Shown here: piece after piece, positions 41,401 through 50,905 of the stretch | Layout of the letters: the number at the start of each line of letters is the position of its first letter | Position numbering within the stretch: position 1 is the first letter of the stretch | Source of the DNA: Candidatus Bathyarchaeota archaeon | GTDB taxonomy: Archaea; Thermoproteota; Bathyarchaeia; Bathyarchaeales; Bathycorpusculaceae | DNA length: 56,254 nt | NCBI GenBank assembly: GCA_963739305.1 | Contig: CAVTZU010000026.1 | Span: 1 to 56,254, forward strand | Reading direction: 5' to 3' | The notes under the pieces: model-generated | Told to the model about the DNA's origin: nothing | The model's database searches: none | What the model saw: the letters and a program-made list of their open reading frames with translations, nothing else | Position numbers and translations under genes: made by a program

Positions 41401-41636
41401 TGGGAGACAGACCATTGGATGAAGTTGGAAACGGGAATTACGTTGCGGAAATACCTGACTGGAAACCGTACGCGACCTACCACGTTAGTGTTGAGAAGCT
41501 GAGTCTCACGAAGAACTTGGAAACCACGGTCCTGTTGACCGCAAACACGGTGTTCATATCGCTGATAGCATTCATCATCGTCTTGATCATCATAGTTCTC
41601 GTGATATACCGAAAAACACATCGTTTTCAAGGTTGA
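38472..41636 (+). CDS. M6 (immune inhibitor A-like) metalloprotease with CARDB and tandem Ig-like repeats, C-terminal TM
   Basis: HAG, AHEFGHNIGLPDLYD, WSLMDYG, CARDB (VENNKTNN) and ~80-aa repeats at about 40570-41290. Confidence 0.88.
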   Translation: MKKLFPDRRIVFSGLLILFLMLSELAGASYFFPTSRTEEKNGNSLAGAIAPQNDHAPLIAKPAVFASSAIPNPVSGNLRVLVIPVVFSDLLNTTDIETSLSVKTASLASYYADVSYGSVTLSIETLPNWTALPHTLEYYGNDSGTEIDVNWFAFVMDSLNAVDPSVDFRNYGYVLVVHAGADQASSGVASDLWSEASVGKQPFLNDGGVNLGFAILSEMDPYGVFAHEFGHNIGLPDLYDYSGQNQAFVRVWSLMDYGSWLMPPSSLMAPEKMWLNWIPPVNTTVVNAGQILNVTLAKLETPDNILAVKIPVDNTYYVLEYRTEVLTDSALPMEGVIVSYVDENLQSGQGIIKIKSADPSSHTLYDAAFTPGQRFVDSNNQVAVKVLSMNSDNASIRVQKGFADLIAEKIQFVGDILQGQNISFDVYVKNVGVTASDPCFVSLNINGTLFAVKELPMIENGSETVLEFGPWQALAGLNQIQANVDVNDDVVENNKTNNAASAILDVPAHSVSIDRAVVSKQRVDVNSTQQVSFHARWNDNISDIAGGTLFVNGSAFITNSTGWVTLDVTSPEVANVTWSVSGVDVQGFQVYVQDVPSPWIVWDCLQAYDFGVSQQRCDINSIQTIWVRTRYAYEGSAFDNSDGQLWIDGRRADWSPQNGYWTLNVTQDTVGQSNYTVPTAFQDDLFGLTLMTGQRQLLIVWDTVNLTVTPRNPRINVGSSVSLEVNGTYAFDSTVWNGTVVFNDTLMKNEVGRFSYSIVSISDPLYGLRTFSSNVASAIFDRVVLNASASKGRINVGEEAKVVITGVYQYDGTIWNGDFTLNDSVVKNEVGRFGFTVTSLTDPNYNLTAFNSNSFSVVWDRVDLALSSSQERVKVGLKAPIMWTGQYEFDGTIFEGNVTLNEDLVKNTIGLVNYTAVDISDSLYNLTTFRTNEVSVVFDDLNCTVSTITSSIGKAKIEVDVRYVFDGKPVTGATVTVGDRPLDEVGNGNYVAEIPDWKPYATYHVSVEKLSLTKNLETTVLLTANTVFISLIAFIIVLIIIVLVIYRKTHRFQG

Positions 41637-41729
41637 AGCAATTTCGAAAGACCGAGACCATGACTAGTAGGGTTCAGATTCTTATACTTCTAGTCGTTTT
41701 TCTATTCTCCAAGGAGTGAATATGCGGGA

Positions 41730-42772
41730 ATGCCGAGAACTTCAGCGCCATGGGAGATCACGCCCGAACTGCTAGTGAGAAGCGAGGGCGAAACCAATCC
41801 CAGCTTTGGATGCAAGCCCGAGGAAAGGTCGACTGAAACCCTCGTGAAGTATGGCGTAATCAACCTAGACAAGCCAGCTGGTCCGAGTAGCCACGAAGTC
41901 GCTGCTTGGGTTAAGCGCATATTGAAACAGGAGCATGTTGGGCACGGCGGGACTCTAGAGGCTGCGTAGTTAGCCAGAGAAATCCCAAAGTGACCGGTGT
42001 CCTACCTGTGACGTTAGGTGACGCTACGAAGGTCGTCCAGGCTTTGCTGTACAGTGGGAAAGAGTACGTATGCGTCATGAAGCTTCACGGCGACACAGGA
42101 ATAGAACAAATCACGAAAGTTCTAGGTGAGTTTCAAGACACCATCTATCAGCGTCCACCTCTCAGGTCTTCGGTCAAACGTCAACTGCGCACGAGACGCA
42201 TTTACTATCTGGATTTTATCGAGGCAGACGGGAGAAAGGTGCTCTTTAGAGTGGGGTGCGAAGCCGGCACTTACGTACGGAAACTGTGCTATGACATCGG
42301 CGAAGTCTTAGGGATCGGTGCACACATGCAGGAACTGCGAAGAACAAGGGCAGGTCCCTTCGTTGAGGCTGGAAGCACGACTCTGCACGACGTTGCTTAC
42401 TCGTTCATGCGATGGCAAGAAGAGAAGGACGAGAAGCTTCTCAAGCAGTTTATACTGCCGATGGAGCAGGCTTTGGGGCTTCTGCCGAAAATCTACGTTC
42501 GTGATTCTGCCGTGGACGCGGTGTGCCACGGCGCGACCCTGACGGCTCCGGGGGTGGTTTCGCTTGACAGCACAGTCAAGGCGGGTTCGATGGCCGCGAT
42601 TTTGACGTTGAAACACGAGGGAGTTGCCCTCTGCAAGGCTGTCGTTGGTGCTGAACAGATCTTGGGCATGGAGCACGGTGCTGTTTCCAAGACCGAGAGA
42701 GTTCTGATGACTAGGGGTACGTATCCGAAGCTTTGGAAGGGTGGCAACAAGTCGCATGAACAGGAAAAGTGA
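41730..42772 (+). CDS. cbf5: H/ACA RNA-guided pseudouridine synthase Cbf5 with a 23-nt intron (41959..41981); 339 aa spliced
   Basis: NLDKPAGPSSHEV...GHGGTL[D]PKVTGVL is restored by splicing. YQRPP, GTYVRKLC, ELRRTR and a PUA domain follow. Confidence 0.95.
41959..41981 (+). other. Bulge-helix-bulge mRNA intron in cbf5
   Basis: GGGA CTCT AG^A GGCT gcgtagtt AGCC AGAG AA^A TCCC forms a perfect BHB. Confidence 0.92.
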
Positions 42773-43373
42773 GGAACTGGAGCATTATTTCGTAGAAAAT
42801 CCGAAGTCCAAAGCAAGATTTGGCTTGGTACATGCATATCTGCGAGGAAAACGCTTCGAGTTCCTAACCAGCTCAGGAGTCTTCTCAAAGCAAAGAATTG
42901 ACCTGGGCACTAGGCTGCTGATTGAATCCATGGTTCTGCCTGAGAAAGGCTGCGTACTTGACGTAGGCTGTGGCTACGGCGCTGTCGGTATTTCAGCAGC
43001 TGCTTTCAACCCTAACTTACGCGTGGTGATGACTGACATAAATTCCAGGGCGATTTGGCTCGCAAAGCAAAACGTCGAGAAAAACTACGTATACAACGTG
43101 GAGGTTAGACGAGGAAACCTGTACGACCCTCTTGAGGACTTGGCTTTTGATTGCGTGCTTTCGAACCCGCCTGTGAGTGCGGGGATGGAAGTTGTCAAAG
43201 CAATGATCTGCGAGGCACCAGACCACATGTTGAAGAAAGGTGTTTTTCAGATGGTTGTAAGGTCAAAGATCGCAGGGAAAAGGTTTCTCAGTTTTTTTGA
43301 AGAAGCTTTCGGGAATGTTCAGGTCCTGGCACGTGAAAGCGGCTATCGTGTTTTGATTTCTCAGAAGTGCTGA
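42756..43373 (+). CDS. Class I SAM-dependent methyltransferase (RsmC/MTS-like)
   Basis: GVFS, DLGTRLL, LDVGCGYG, SNPP. Confidence 0.9.
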   Translation: MNRKSEELEHYFVENPKSKARFGLVHAYLRGKRFEFLTSSGVFSKQRIDLGTRLLIESMVLPEKGCVLDVGCGYGAVGISAAAFNPNLRVVMTDINSRAIWLAKQNVEKNYVYNVEVRRGNLYDPLEDLAFDCVLSNPPVSAGMEVVKAMICEAPDHMLKKGVFQMVVRSKIAGKRFLSFFEEAFGNVQVLARESGYRVLISQKC

Positions 43374-43440
43374 GCCGTTGGCATTTGCCGATTAGAAAAC
43401 CTATAATAAACCTGTCTTCGGATATGGTTTCTGCGTCTGA

Positions 43441-43547
43441 GCCGGGGTCTCCTAGCCAGGTATGGAGCAAGCCTGGAGACGAAGATATCGCCTAATAGCT
43501 TGTGGCCTCTCGGGGCCACGTGGGTTCAAATCCCACTCCCGGCGCCA
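43441..43547 (+). tRNA. tRNA-Ser(GGA) with an 18-nt intron at 37/38 (43479..43496), CCA encoded
   Basis: GCCGGGG...CAAGC CT GGA G [acgaagatatcgcctaat] A GCTTG, long variable arm TGGCC/GGCCA, GTGGG TTCAAAT CCCAC TCCCGGC G CCA. Confidence 0.9.
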
Positions 43548-43781
43548 AAGACATCAATGAGCTCAATCTCAGGTCAACATGATAGGAATTGTTCTTGGCC
43601 GTTCCTGTCTCCTGGTCGAAGCGACGCCTACTGAAAAAGAAGGGTTAAATTGGGAAGATTTTTATCGTGCCAGTCTCAATGGCAAAAAGAGTAATGAACG
43701 GAAGAATAGGGCAAATGATTAGAAAAGATAAGCTCTCTATTCGTTATAAACATCTTCTCTCTGTTCACCGTCGCGCTGGAC

Positions 43782-44843
43782 ATGTGTTCGGGTGAGTTGA
43801 AGATCTTGGAAAGAAAACTGGTCTTCGCCTATATGATTCTCTTGTTGATGAGTGTATCTGTTGCGTCGGTTGCGACCGTGCATGGAGCGCGCGCACCAGA
43901 CGGGTTCCAAGGCGATACCACAGATGTGGTGAACATAAGCGGAGTCGTGGGCAACCCAATGAATTTGACTCTTGCCGAACTGCGCACTTTCCCAATGGTT
44001 TCAGAAGTGGCTGAGCTGAGGTGCGTTGTGGGCTCGCCAGACGTGACTTACAACTGGACTGGGATACCTCTGTTCTACTTATTGACGCTCGCTCAAATTG
44101 AGCCAAAAGCATACAAGGTTGTCATTCACGGCTCGGATGGTTTTTCTTCGGATCTTCTTATCGAGGATGCAATGAAGCCAACAACCATTCTTGCGCTCGG
44201 AGCCAACGGATCAGACCTGCCTATGATAGGCAGCATCCAAGGTGTTTTCAGGCTCGTCGTTCCTGGCAAGTGGGGTTACAAGTGGGTCGGCCTCGTTGAT
44301 CAGATTCAAGTTGTGGATTACGATTACAAGGGAACATATGAAGGCTCATACGGATTTTCTGATGAGGCAAACGTGTCTGATCCAGTCGTTATGTCTGGAA
44401 TAACGCCTCCTATTGAGCAGTTGAATCTTGATTTTGGCAACAGAACGCTCACAACAGAAGTTTTCACAAACGCAACAATCAACGATCACACGTTTGACGA
44501 CGAAAAACAGGAGTTGAGCCTTAACGTGAGCGTACTTTCAGCAATGAATGGTTTCTTTGACTTCAAGTTACAGCAAGACTTTTTGAAACGCCCGTACAAC
44601 GTCACCGTGGACGCGCAGCCAGTCACGGTGGTTGAAGGTGACCTGGCGAACCAATCTTACTTGTGGTTAGCGTTGGGCGAGGGTTCTCATACTATTAGTA
44701 TAGTTGGTGCAAATGCGGACGTGCCGGAGTTTGAACCGATTCCGTTGATTCTGCTCTTCCTCACGATCACTCTAGCAACAGTCTTTTTGTTCAAAAACGT
44801 GATCCGAACAAGGACCCTGAATACTCGATTAGTCCACGCATAG
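43782..44843 (+). CDS. Secreted sulfite-oxidase-like molybdopterin-binding domain protein with PEF-CTERM-like anchor
   Basis: LRCV, WTGIPL, FRLVVPGKWGYKWV and a C-terminal VPEF + TM + basic tail. Confidence 0.8.
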   Translation: MCSGELKILERKLVFAYMILLLMSVSVASVATVHGARAPDGFQGDTTDVVNISGVVGNPMNLTLAELRTFPMVSEVAELRCVVGSPDVTYNWTGIPLFYLLTLAQIEPKAYKVVIHGSDGFSSDLLIEDAMKPTTILALGANGSDLPMIGSIQGVFRLVVPGKWGYKWVGLVDQIQVVDYDYKGTYEGSYGFSDEANVSDPVVMSGITPPIEQLNLDFGNRTLTTEVFTNATINDHTFDDEKQELSLNVSVLSAMNGFFDFKLQQDFLKRPYNVTVDAQPVTVVEGDLANQSYLWLALGEGSHTISIVGANADVPEFEPIPLILLFLTITLATVFLFKNVIRTRTLNTRLVHA

Positions 44844-44974
44844 CTTTCCGTAAATCATAAAGCCATAAACGTTCTCCAATCGTAACTGTGCGCTCATGAT
44901 GTCGACTGTGCTTATAATGTTCTGCAGAAAAGCATTCAAGATTACGGAAAAGCATGGTCTAACCCGGAGGATAT

Positions 44975-45532
44975 TTGGTCTTGAGCAAAGCGGATAAGGT
45001 CCTGAAGAAGATCGAAGCGATGACTGAGAATGAGTTCCTACCTATCATTGGACCCGTCAAGGGTCAGATTCTTGTGAAGGTCATTCACGAGAAGAACCCG
45101 AACCAGATCCTTGAGGTCGGCACTCTATTAGGCTATTCAGCGATTCTGATGGCGAAGGAACTTGACAGCGACGCACAAATAACATCGATTGAGATTCACG
45201 CGGAAGAGGCAAAAATCGCCCGAGAGAACATCAAGGAAGCTGAGGTTCCTGCGAAAATAGAGGTGATCGTCGGCGACGCCCTCGAAGTGTTGCCCGGCCT
45301 TCACGGCAAATTCGACATGGTCTTCATCGACGCAGCCAAAGAAGAATACTTCAAGTATCTGAAGCTAATCGAGAATAAGCTTCACAAGGGAAGTGTGATT
45401 GTGGCCGATAACGCTGGCGTTATTGCTGAGCAGATGAAGGATTATCTTGATCACGTGAGGTCGTCGGGCAAGTACAAGAGCGAGTACTTCTCTTTCGGAG
45501 AAGACGGAGTCGAAGTGAGCGTCAAGCTGTAA
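44975..45532 (+). CDS. O-methyltransferase (YrrM/COMT-like)
   Basis: ILEVGTLLGYSAI, FDMVFIDAAK, VADN. Confidence 0.9.
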   Translation: MVLSKADKVLKKIEAMTENEFLPIIGPVKGQILVKVIHEKNPNQILEVGTLLGYSAILMAKELDSDAQITSIEIHAEEAKIARENIKEAEVPAKIEVIVGDALEVLPGLHGKFDMVFIDAAKEEYFKYLKLIENKLHKGSVIVADNAGVIAEQMKDYLDHVRSSGKYKSEYFSFGEDGVEVSVKL

Positions 45533-45561
45533 CCACCCGCTTAGCAAGATTCAATGGAACC

Positions 45562-46492
45562 TCATTTGGGTTTCGAATTGAACACTAAATGGACTATGCT
45601 TTTCTCGACCATGTGATGCGGGTAGTAGCTTTCCTTAGCCTTCCTCAAGCCAGGGACGCCTAAGTCTTGTTCCCTATTGACGAAAATGAACTGTCCAAGC
45701 GCTTTTTGGCAGAACCATTGATTGATGAGCTGGTACAACCCTTCGATCTCTGGGTTAGCCTTTTCAAAATGGATGACGGCGGTGTCTCTGTTAAGTTGCT
45801 CCCCAAGCGTAAAGGCTTCAAGTTTTTCGTCGACGTAGATGGCTCCTCCAAAGATATTGAGGTGCTCGAAGTGTTCAAACGCGATTTTGATGGCCGTGTT
45901 TTCCGCCTCCAATCCTCTGACTTCGTTGCAGTTGCGGAGGTTGCACCATCGTGTCTGAAGCTGCAGACAATCTTCTATTTCGCGGGGTCCGATGCTGGCG
46001 TATCGGCAGTCGTACTTGCTGAGGCAGCGGGCGACGAAGTTGCGCTTCGGATGATACTTGTCGCCCGAAAGCTCAGACAGGTCGCGCATCAGGTAGACGT
46101 AGTCCCAGTCGTCACGATCAGGCTCAAACTTCAGTTCTTCCTTTTGGAGTTGCTGCACCTGATGATGGGGTGAGCCCGTAGAAGGATTGGAGCCCATTCT
46201 CTCTTAGGTCAGGTTCATATTTCGTTAGTTGGCTTAGGACATCTGGCAAAGGTTCTGTCCCAAGTGGCGGGAGAAGAAAGGCCTGGCCGTCGCGAAGCCT
46301 CTTGCGCTGAACCAGCATCGTATTGTCGAGTTGTGAGATTTGAACTGGTTCGGAACTGTTCCAAACGAATAGGTTCGTGAACGTCAGTTCAGATATTTCC
46401 GGCTGGGTTTCTTTGAGCAGGGAGTCGAAGAGGGTTTTGTCTTCAAGGGAAAGATTCCTGAATATTGGGAATTCTGGAGCCCGCATTTTCAA
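45562..46492 (-). CDS. DUF2156 (tandem GNAT-like) protein, +1 frameshift near 46165
   Basis: SELTFTNLFVW, DYVY...LSGDKYHPKRN, HFEKA, NREQDLGVPGLRKAKESYYP. Confidence 0.85.
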
Positions 46493-46507
46493 CTCTTTCC
46501 GTATTGA

Positions 46508-47425
46508 TTAGGCTGTCTTGTTCATCATGGTTATGGCTTCTTTCACTTCGGAGGCCGATTGTTTGAAAGCTGTCATTGCTTCGGAATCTAATTTGAGCTC
46601 GAGTATTCTTTCAACGCCGTTTTTTCCAAGGACGCACGGGACGCCTATTGACAGCCCTGAGAGCCCGTATTCACCGTCCAAGTATGTGGAGACGCTCATC
46701 ACGCGGTTTCTTCCTCTGAGCACCGCATCGGCCATGATCGCGATGACGGCGGCAGGAGCGTAGATCGTGGACCCCTTCAGCTTGATCACTTCAGCGCCCG
46801 AGGTCTTGGTCAAAGTGACTATCTTGTCAATCTGTTCTTTGCTTAGCAACGTGGACACCGGAATTCCTGACACGGAGGCGAAGTTGACGAGGGGAACCAT
46901 GGAGTCCCCATGCTCTCCGATCACCAAGGCACGGATGTCTTCTCTTGATACACCCAGCTCGGCGGCAAGGTAGGACCTGAAGCGCAGCGTGTCGAGTATG
47001 TTTCCCATGCCGAATACCCTGTTTCTTTCGAACCGCGACTCTTTGCAAGCCACATAGGTCATCACGTCAACCGGGTTCGTAACCATCATCAGCTTGCAGT
47101 CTGGTGCGTGTTTGACAACTTCTTTGACTATAGCTCTGACGGTTTTCGCGTTTTGGTTCACGAGGTCCATTCGGCTCATCCCAGGTTGCCTGGCTTGGCC
47201 AGCAGTCACGATTACGAGTTCTGAACCTTGCATTTTGCTATAATCGCCAGTGCCCGTGATTTTTCCGTCAAACTCGATCGCTGGAGCAGCCTGCATCATG
47301 TCCAGAGCCTCACCGACCGCACGATCCTCGGCAACGTCGATCAGAACCACGTCGGAGATGCGGCGTTCCAGGATGCTGAAAGCCGCTGAACTTCCGACTT
47401 TTCCTGCGCCAACTACAGTTATCAT
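46508..47425 (-). CDS. mdh: Malate dehydrogenase (LDH-like)
   Basis: VVGAGKVG, ARQPGMSRMDL, VTNPVD, LDTLR, GEHGD. Confidence 0.93.
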   Translation of the reverse strand: MITVVGAGKVGSSAAFSILERRISDVVLIDVAEDRAVGEALDMMQAAPAIEFDGKITGTGDYSKMQGSELVIVTAGQARQPGMSRMDLVNQNAKTVRAIVKEVVKHAPDCKLMMVTNPVDVMTYVACKESRFERNRVFGMGNILDTLRFRSYLAAELGVSREDIRALVIGEHGDSMVPLVNFASVSGIPVSTLLSKEQIDKIVTLTKTSGAEVIKLKGSTIYAPAAVIAIMADAVLRGRNRVMSVSTYLDGEYGLSGLSIGVPCVLGKNGVERILELKLDSEAMTAFKQSASEVKEAITMMNKTA

Positions 47426-47558
47426 GAGATAGAGGTGAAGAACTAGCTTCACATAAACCTAGCGCGCGCGACTAGCAACAGGTCAAGACACGTGATTGCC
47501 TATCAAGAAAGCTTAATTAATCAAAGCAAATTCTATTGATTCTACGCTTCTAATCGAA

Positions 47559-47636
47559 GCCCTGGTAGTATAGTCCGGTCTAGTATATGCGGCTGTCGCC
47601 CGCAGGACCCGGGTCCGAATCCCGGCCAGGGCGCCA
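47559..47636 (+). tRNA. tRNA-Asp(GTC), CCA encoded
   Basis: GCCCTGG...TGCGG CT GTC GC CCGCA GGAC CCGGG TCCGAAT CCCGG CCAGGGC G CCA. Confidence 0.92.
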
Positions 47637-47760
47637 ACAAACTAGTTTGAATCCCTTCTTTCACTGAAATAAGGATGGAATAGGACGCGAGCGCGCGGAA
47701 GTAGACCGTCTTAGGCTGTTTACGAAGCATAATCCGTATCGAGCAGGCCTTCTGTACTCC

Positions 47761-48045
47761 TCACTCGTCGACTTTTTCCTCTTCATCCGTGACCAGCTTC
47801 TTCAGCTTCCTTTCCATCTTCAACTCGTAAGCGTGCTCCTTTACCATCGGGGCCAAACTCTTCCGCTTGAAAAGCAGGTTCGGAGCAACAATCCGTCGTT
47901 CCCCAACCTTGACCCGCTCAACCTTCCCGTACACCTCATCCTCAAAACCCTCTAAGGCCTCAACCACATAATTCCCTTCACTAATCGACAAAACCGCAAC
48001 CCTAAACTTCCCCTTATAATACCGCACATCCTCACTCATCGCCAA
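47761..48045 (-). CDS. Hypothetical protein
   Basis: 94-aa ORF with G/T-rich coding strand and a charged C-terminus. Confidence 0.6.
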   Translation of the reverse strand: MAMSEDVRYYKGKFRVAVLSISEGNYVVEALEGFEDEVYGKVERVKVGERRIVAPNLLFKRKSLAPMVKEHAYELKMERKLKKLVTDEEEKVDE

Positions 48046-48186
48046 TCACAAATCAACACTCACACACAAACAATATAAAACAAGCGCTGCCCAGTTCTAT
48101 TCTGAACGAGATTGACGTTTTCCGAATCGCGCTCCATCAAACCCTTTTCAAGCACATGGCTACATGACGTCTTAAAGACAACAGGT

Positions 48187-49470
48187 ATGCAACAGGATGC
48201 CCTGCCAACCGTAACCGCAAGAGCTTCTTCAAGCGGCCTGTGCGTCATCTGCAAAGGTTCGCGACGTCTCTGCGGCAAAGACCGATGCCCCATAATCGTC
48301 AAAGTCAACTACTACCTCAAGAGCGTCCCCCTCATGAACACCCAAGAAATCAACGGTGCCTCACCCCCAAGCGTCTTCATCGGAAGGATGGGCTACCCCA
48401 ACATCTATGCTGGACCACTAGTGCCGCCAGTCCAGGAAGACACGACAATATTCGACCTCCCAGAACAATGGTTCGGCAAAACCATCGACGAAATCGTCGC
48501 GTTCCGATCCATGCTTATCCGAGGAAAACAGCGGGTACATGTACAAAACTTCACAGAAGCCGGAAATGTAATCCAAAACACCCGGGAACTCGCATTGGCT
48601 GTTAAACCCGTGGACGTTGAACTGTCCTTGACCAAGAAACCCCACGGTAGCATATTTCTAAGTGACGAAATCCAACCCTTCGGCCCTTCAGCCCCGATAA
48701 AAGACATGAAAATCAGCAACACGGCGTGGGACCAGCAAATAGAAAAAGCATACAGCGACACCGACCTCAAAGCCGTTCCAGCCGTCCTCGAACTCTACAA
48801 AAAAGGAGTTTACGAAACAAAAATCCAAAGAGCCTTCAGCGTCGGAGCCTTCGGAATAGAAGAAAACCGCCGCCTGGTCCCTACTCGCTGGAGCATAACA
48901 GCCGTCGACGACATCATATCAAGGAACCTCATGACTCAAGTCCGACAGCTGCCCGAGATGAACGAGTACCGCATCTACGAATCAAAATACTTAGACAACA
49001 TCTTCGAAGTTCTCATGATCCCGCAACCGTGGAGCTACGAAGCCATCGAAGCCTGGTACCCTGGCACCGTCTGGAACCCAAATGGAAAACATGCCGTGAT
49101 GTTCGGCGACCATGAACAACACGACGGAAGAACAACGTACGCTGAAATAGGCGGATGCTACTACGCTGCACGCCTGGCCGTATCAGAACTCCTGCTGAAA
49201 GAAAAAAGGCAAGCAACCGTAGTCGTTCTGAGAGAAGCAAGATCAGGCTATATCATGCCCGTTGGAGTGTGGCAAGTCAGAGAAAACGTCAAAAACGCAA
49301 TGCGCCAAAAACCATTAAAATACAACACCCTGAACGAAGCCCTACAAAGAATAGCAACCCAATTCAGCATACCACTCTACAGCTGGATAAACGAGAGCCA
49401 CCTCATACGCGACGCCCTCTTCCAGAAAAAAATCACCGACTTCTTTACGCACCCAACACTGACTAGCTGA
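48187..49470 (+). CDS. nreA: Nre-family archaeal DNA repair protein
   Basis: CVICKGSRRLCGKDRCP, SPPSVFIG, RRLVPTRWSITAVD, GGCYYAARL, PVGVWQVRE and a C-terminal PIP box QKKITDFF. Confidence 0.92.
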   Translation: MQQDALPTVTARASSSGLCVICKGSRRLCGKDRCPIIVKVNYYLKSVPLMNTQEINGASPPSVFIGRMGYPNIYAGPLVPPVQEDTTIFDLPEQWFGKTIDEIVAFRSMLIRGKQRVHVQNFTEAGNVIQNTRELALAVKPVDVELSLTKKPHGSIFLSDEIQPFGPSAPIKDMKISNTAWDQQIEKAYSDTDLKAVPAVLELYKKGVYETKIQRAFSVGAFGIEENRRLVPTRWSITAVDDIISRNLMTQVRQLPEMNEYRIYESKYLDNIFEVLMIPQPWSYEAIEAWYPGTVWNPNGKHAVMFGDHEQHDGRTTYAEIGGCYYAARLAVSELLLKEKRQATVVVLREARSGYIMPVGVWQVRENVKNAMRQKPLKYNTLNEALQRIATQFSIPLYSWINESHLIRDALFQKKITDFFTHPTLTS

Positions 49471-49514
49471 CCCTCCGCGCCATCAACGCATAAGCACACT
49501 GCTCGATTCTTCTC

Positions 49515-50033
49515 TTACGCCGTTCTGACCCTGTTGATCGCCCAGCTCGAAATGTCCTTCCGCAAGGCATCTTCATCAGCCAACTTCTCATTACTTGCAT
49601 CCTGCACGGCATTGACCTTCCTGTTGTACTCATCAGCTCTTCTGTTCGCCGCGACAACCAAACCCTCCAACCAACGAAGCTTCTCCTCCACCCGATCCCG
49701 AGTAGTGACCAGCTTCAACGATTTCCCAACGATGACCACCTTTCTGTCCCAGAAATCCAGGCTTGACCAGAGTTCCGTCTCAAAAAACGTGTGCCAAACA
49801 TACGAAGGCTCGGAATCCAACGAAAGACTAATGATGAAAGCCGTTGGATGGAAAGGATCCTTCTGAATGTCTATGCTATTCGGGTCAGTCGGATGCTTAA
49901 TGTTAACTCTTCCAGTCAGTTGCTCCAAATCTGACTCCAGACTAATACTAAACAGACCTCGGAAGTTAAAGCTTACGTACGCCTGCCTAGACACACCCAA
50001 TCTGTGTGCGCGCGCTAATTGTTCGTTTTTCAA
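49515..50033 (-). CDS. Hypothetical protein (true start probably downstream of the (GC)n motif at 50008)
   Basis: Globular core followed by a coiled-coil-like C-terminus. Confidence 0.55.
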   Translation of the reverse strand: MKNEQLARAHRLGVSRQAYVSFNFRGLFSISLESDLEQLTGRVNIKHPTDPNSIDIQKDPFHPTAFIISLSLDSEPSYVWHTFFETELWSSLDFWDRKVVIVGKSLKLVTTRDRVEEKLRWLEGLVVAANRRADEYNRKVNAVQDASNEKLADEDALRKDISSWAINRVRTA

Positions 50034-50218
50034 GAATCACCATAGAGGTCGCATTTAGAACATGTCCCTTAAGTTAACAGTATCTGCAGAAGCTATGAGC
50101 TTCGATCACGTGTTCGGAGGGATTCTATGAAATGGCTGTATGCTTGTGGAGGTTTCAAGTTCATACGTGAGATGGAGGAGTTGGAAGGCAGGCTTAAGGA
50201 AGAGAACATCCTCTAAAT

Positions 50219-50905
50219 TCAGGTTCCCTCGTCAATTTCTCTTTTCAATCTCTCGAAAAACTTCTTCATATATTCCAATCTTTCTATGGCAATTTCTCTC
50301 GCTTTTAGGGTATACAGTCTGTCTGGAATTTGCTTGAACTTTGTTTCAAATTCAAGATTTGATGCATGCTTTGACGGATCAATAATCCTACCGTTAGCTT
50401 TGCCACCAGCAAGATTTTCTTTGACGTACTCATCTATCGGAGTCTCCGAATAGATTTTCTGGCCATTTTCACCTCCAATCGTGAATGATCTTGCAATTCC
50501 CGTTGCTCCTAAAACGTCCAGCTTATCAGCATCAGAGAGTATCTTTGCTTCGATAGTTTTTGGCGGATTTTCTCCTCTGAACCTATGCGAAGCGATGCAG
50601 TTCTTGATATTTCCTATTTTTCCCTCCGGATAACCTAACTCCCGCAGGATTTTGTCACTCATCTCAGCACCAAGAATGGCATGATCAACGCCCAGCGCAC
50701 CTCCATCTTCGTCTTCTTTAGTTCTCGCAATATCATGGAGTAAAGCTGCGGTTCTTAAGATGTCTAAATCAACGCTCGGCTCATAATTTGCCAGCCTTAG
50801 GCATAAGTTGTAGACTCTCATCACATGGTTAAAGTCATGAGCAGGACTTGCTCCCTCCATTTCCTTATCAACGATCGTTTTCAATTGACGATATTTCTCT
50901 TCCAT
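50219..50905 (-). CDS. HD-domain metal-dependent phosphohydrolase
   Basis: AHDFNHVMRV, ALLHDI, H, SHR, DADKLD. Confidence 0.92.
   Translation of the reverse strand: MEEKYRQLKTIVDKEMEGASPAHDFNHVMRVYNLCLRLANYEPSVDLDILRTAALLHDIARTKEDEDGGALGVDHAILGAEMSDKILRELGYPEGKIGNIKNCIASHRFRGENPPKTIEAKILSDADKLDVLGATGIARSFTIGGENGQKIYSETPIDEYVKENLAGGKANGRIIDPSKHASNLEFETKFKQIPDRLYTLKAREIAIERLEYMKKFFERLKREIDEGT

Noticed and set aside
41730-41969. Truncated cbf5 or stop-codon readthrough at TAG
   Set aside because: The downstream part is in another frame, and the BHB intron explains the break exactly.
43887-43894. (GC)n run as a cassette boundary
   Set aside because: It lies in frame inside an intact gene (GARAP) and is probably a chance coding occurrence.
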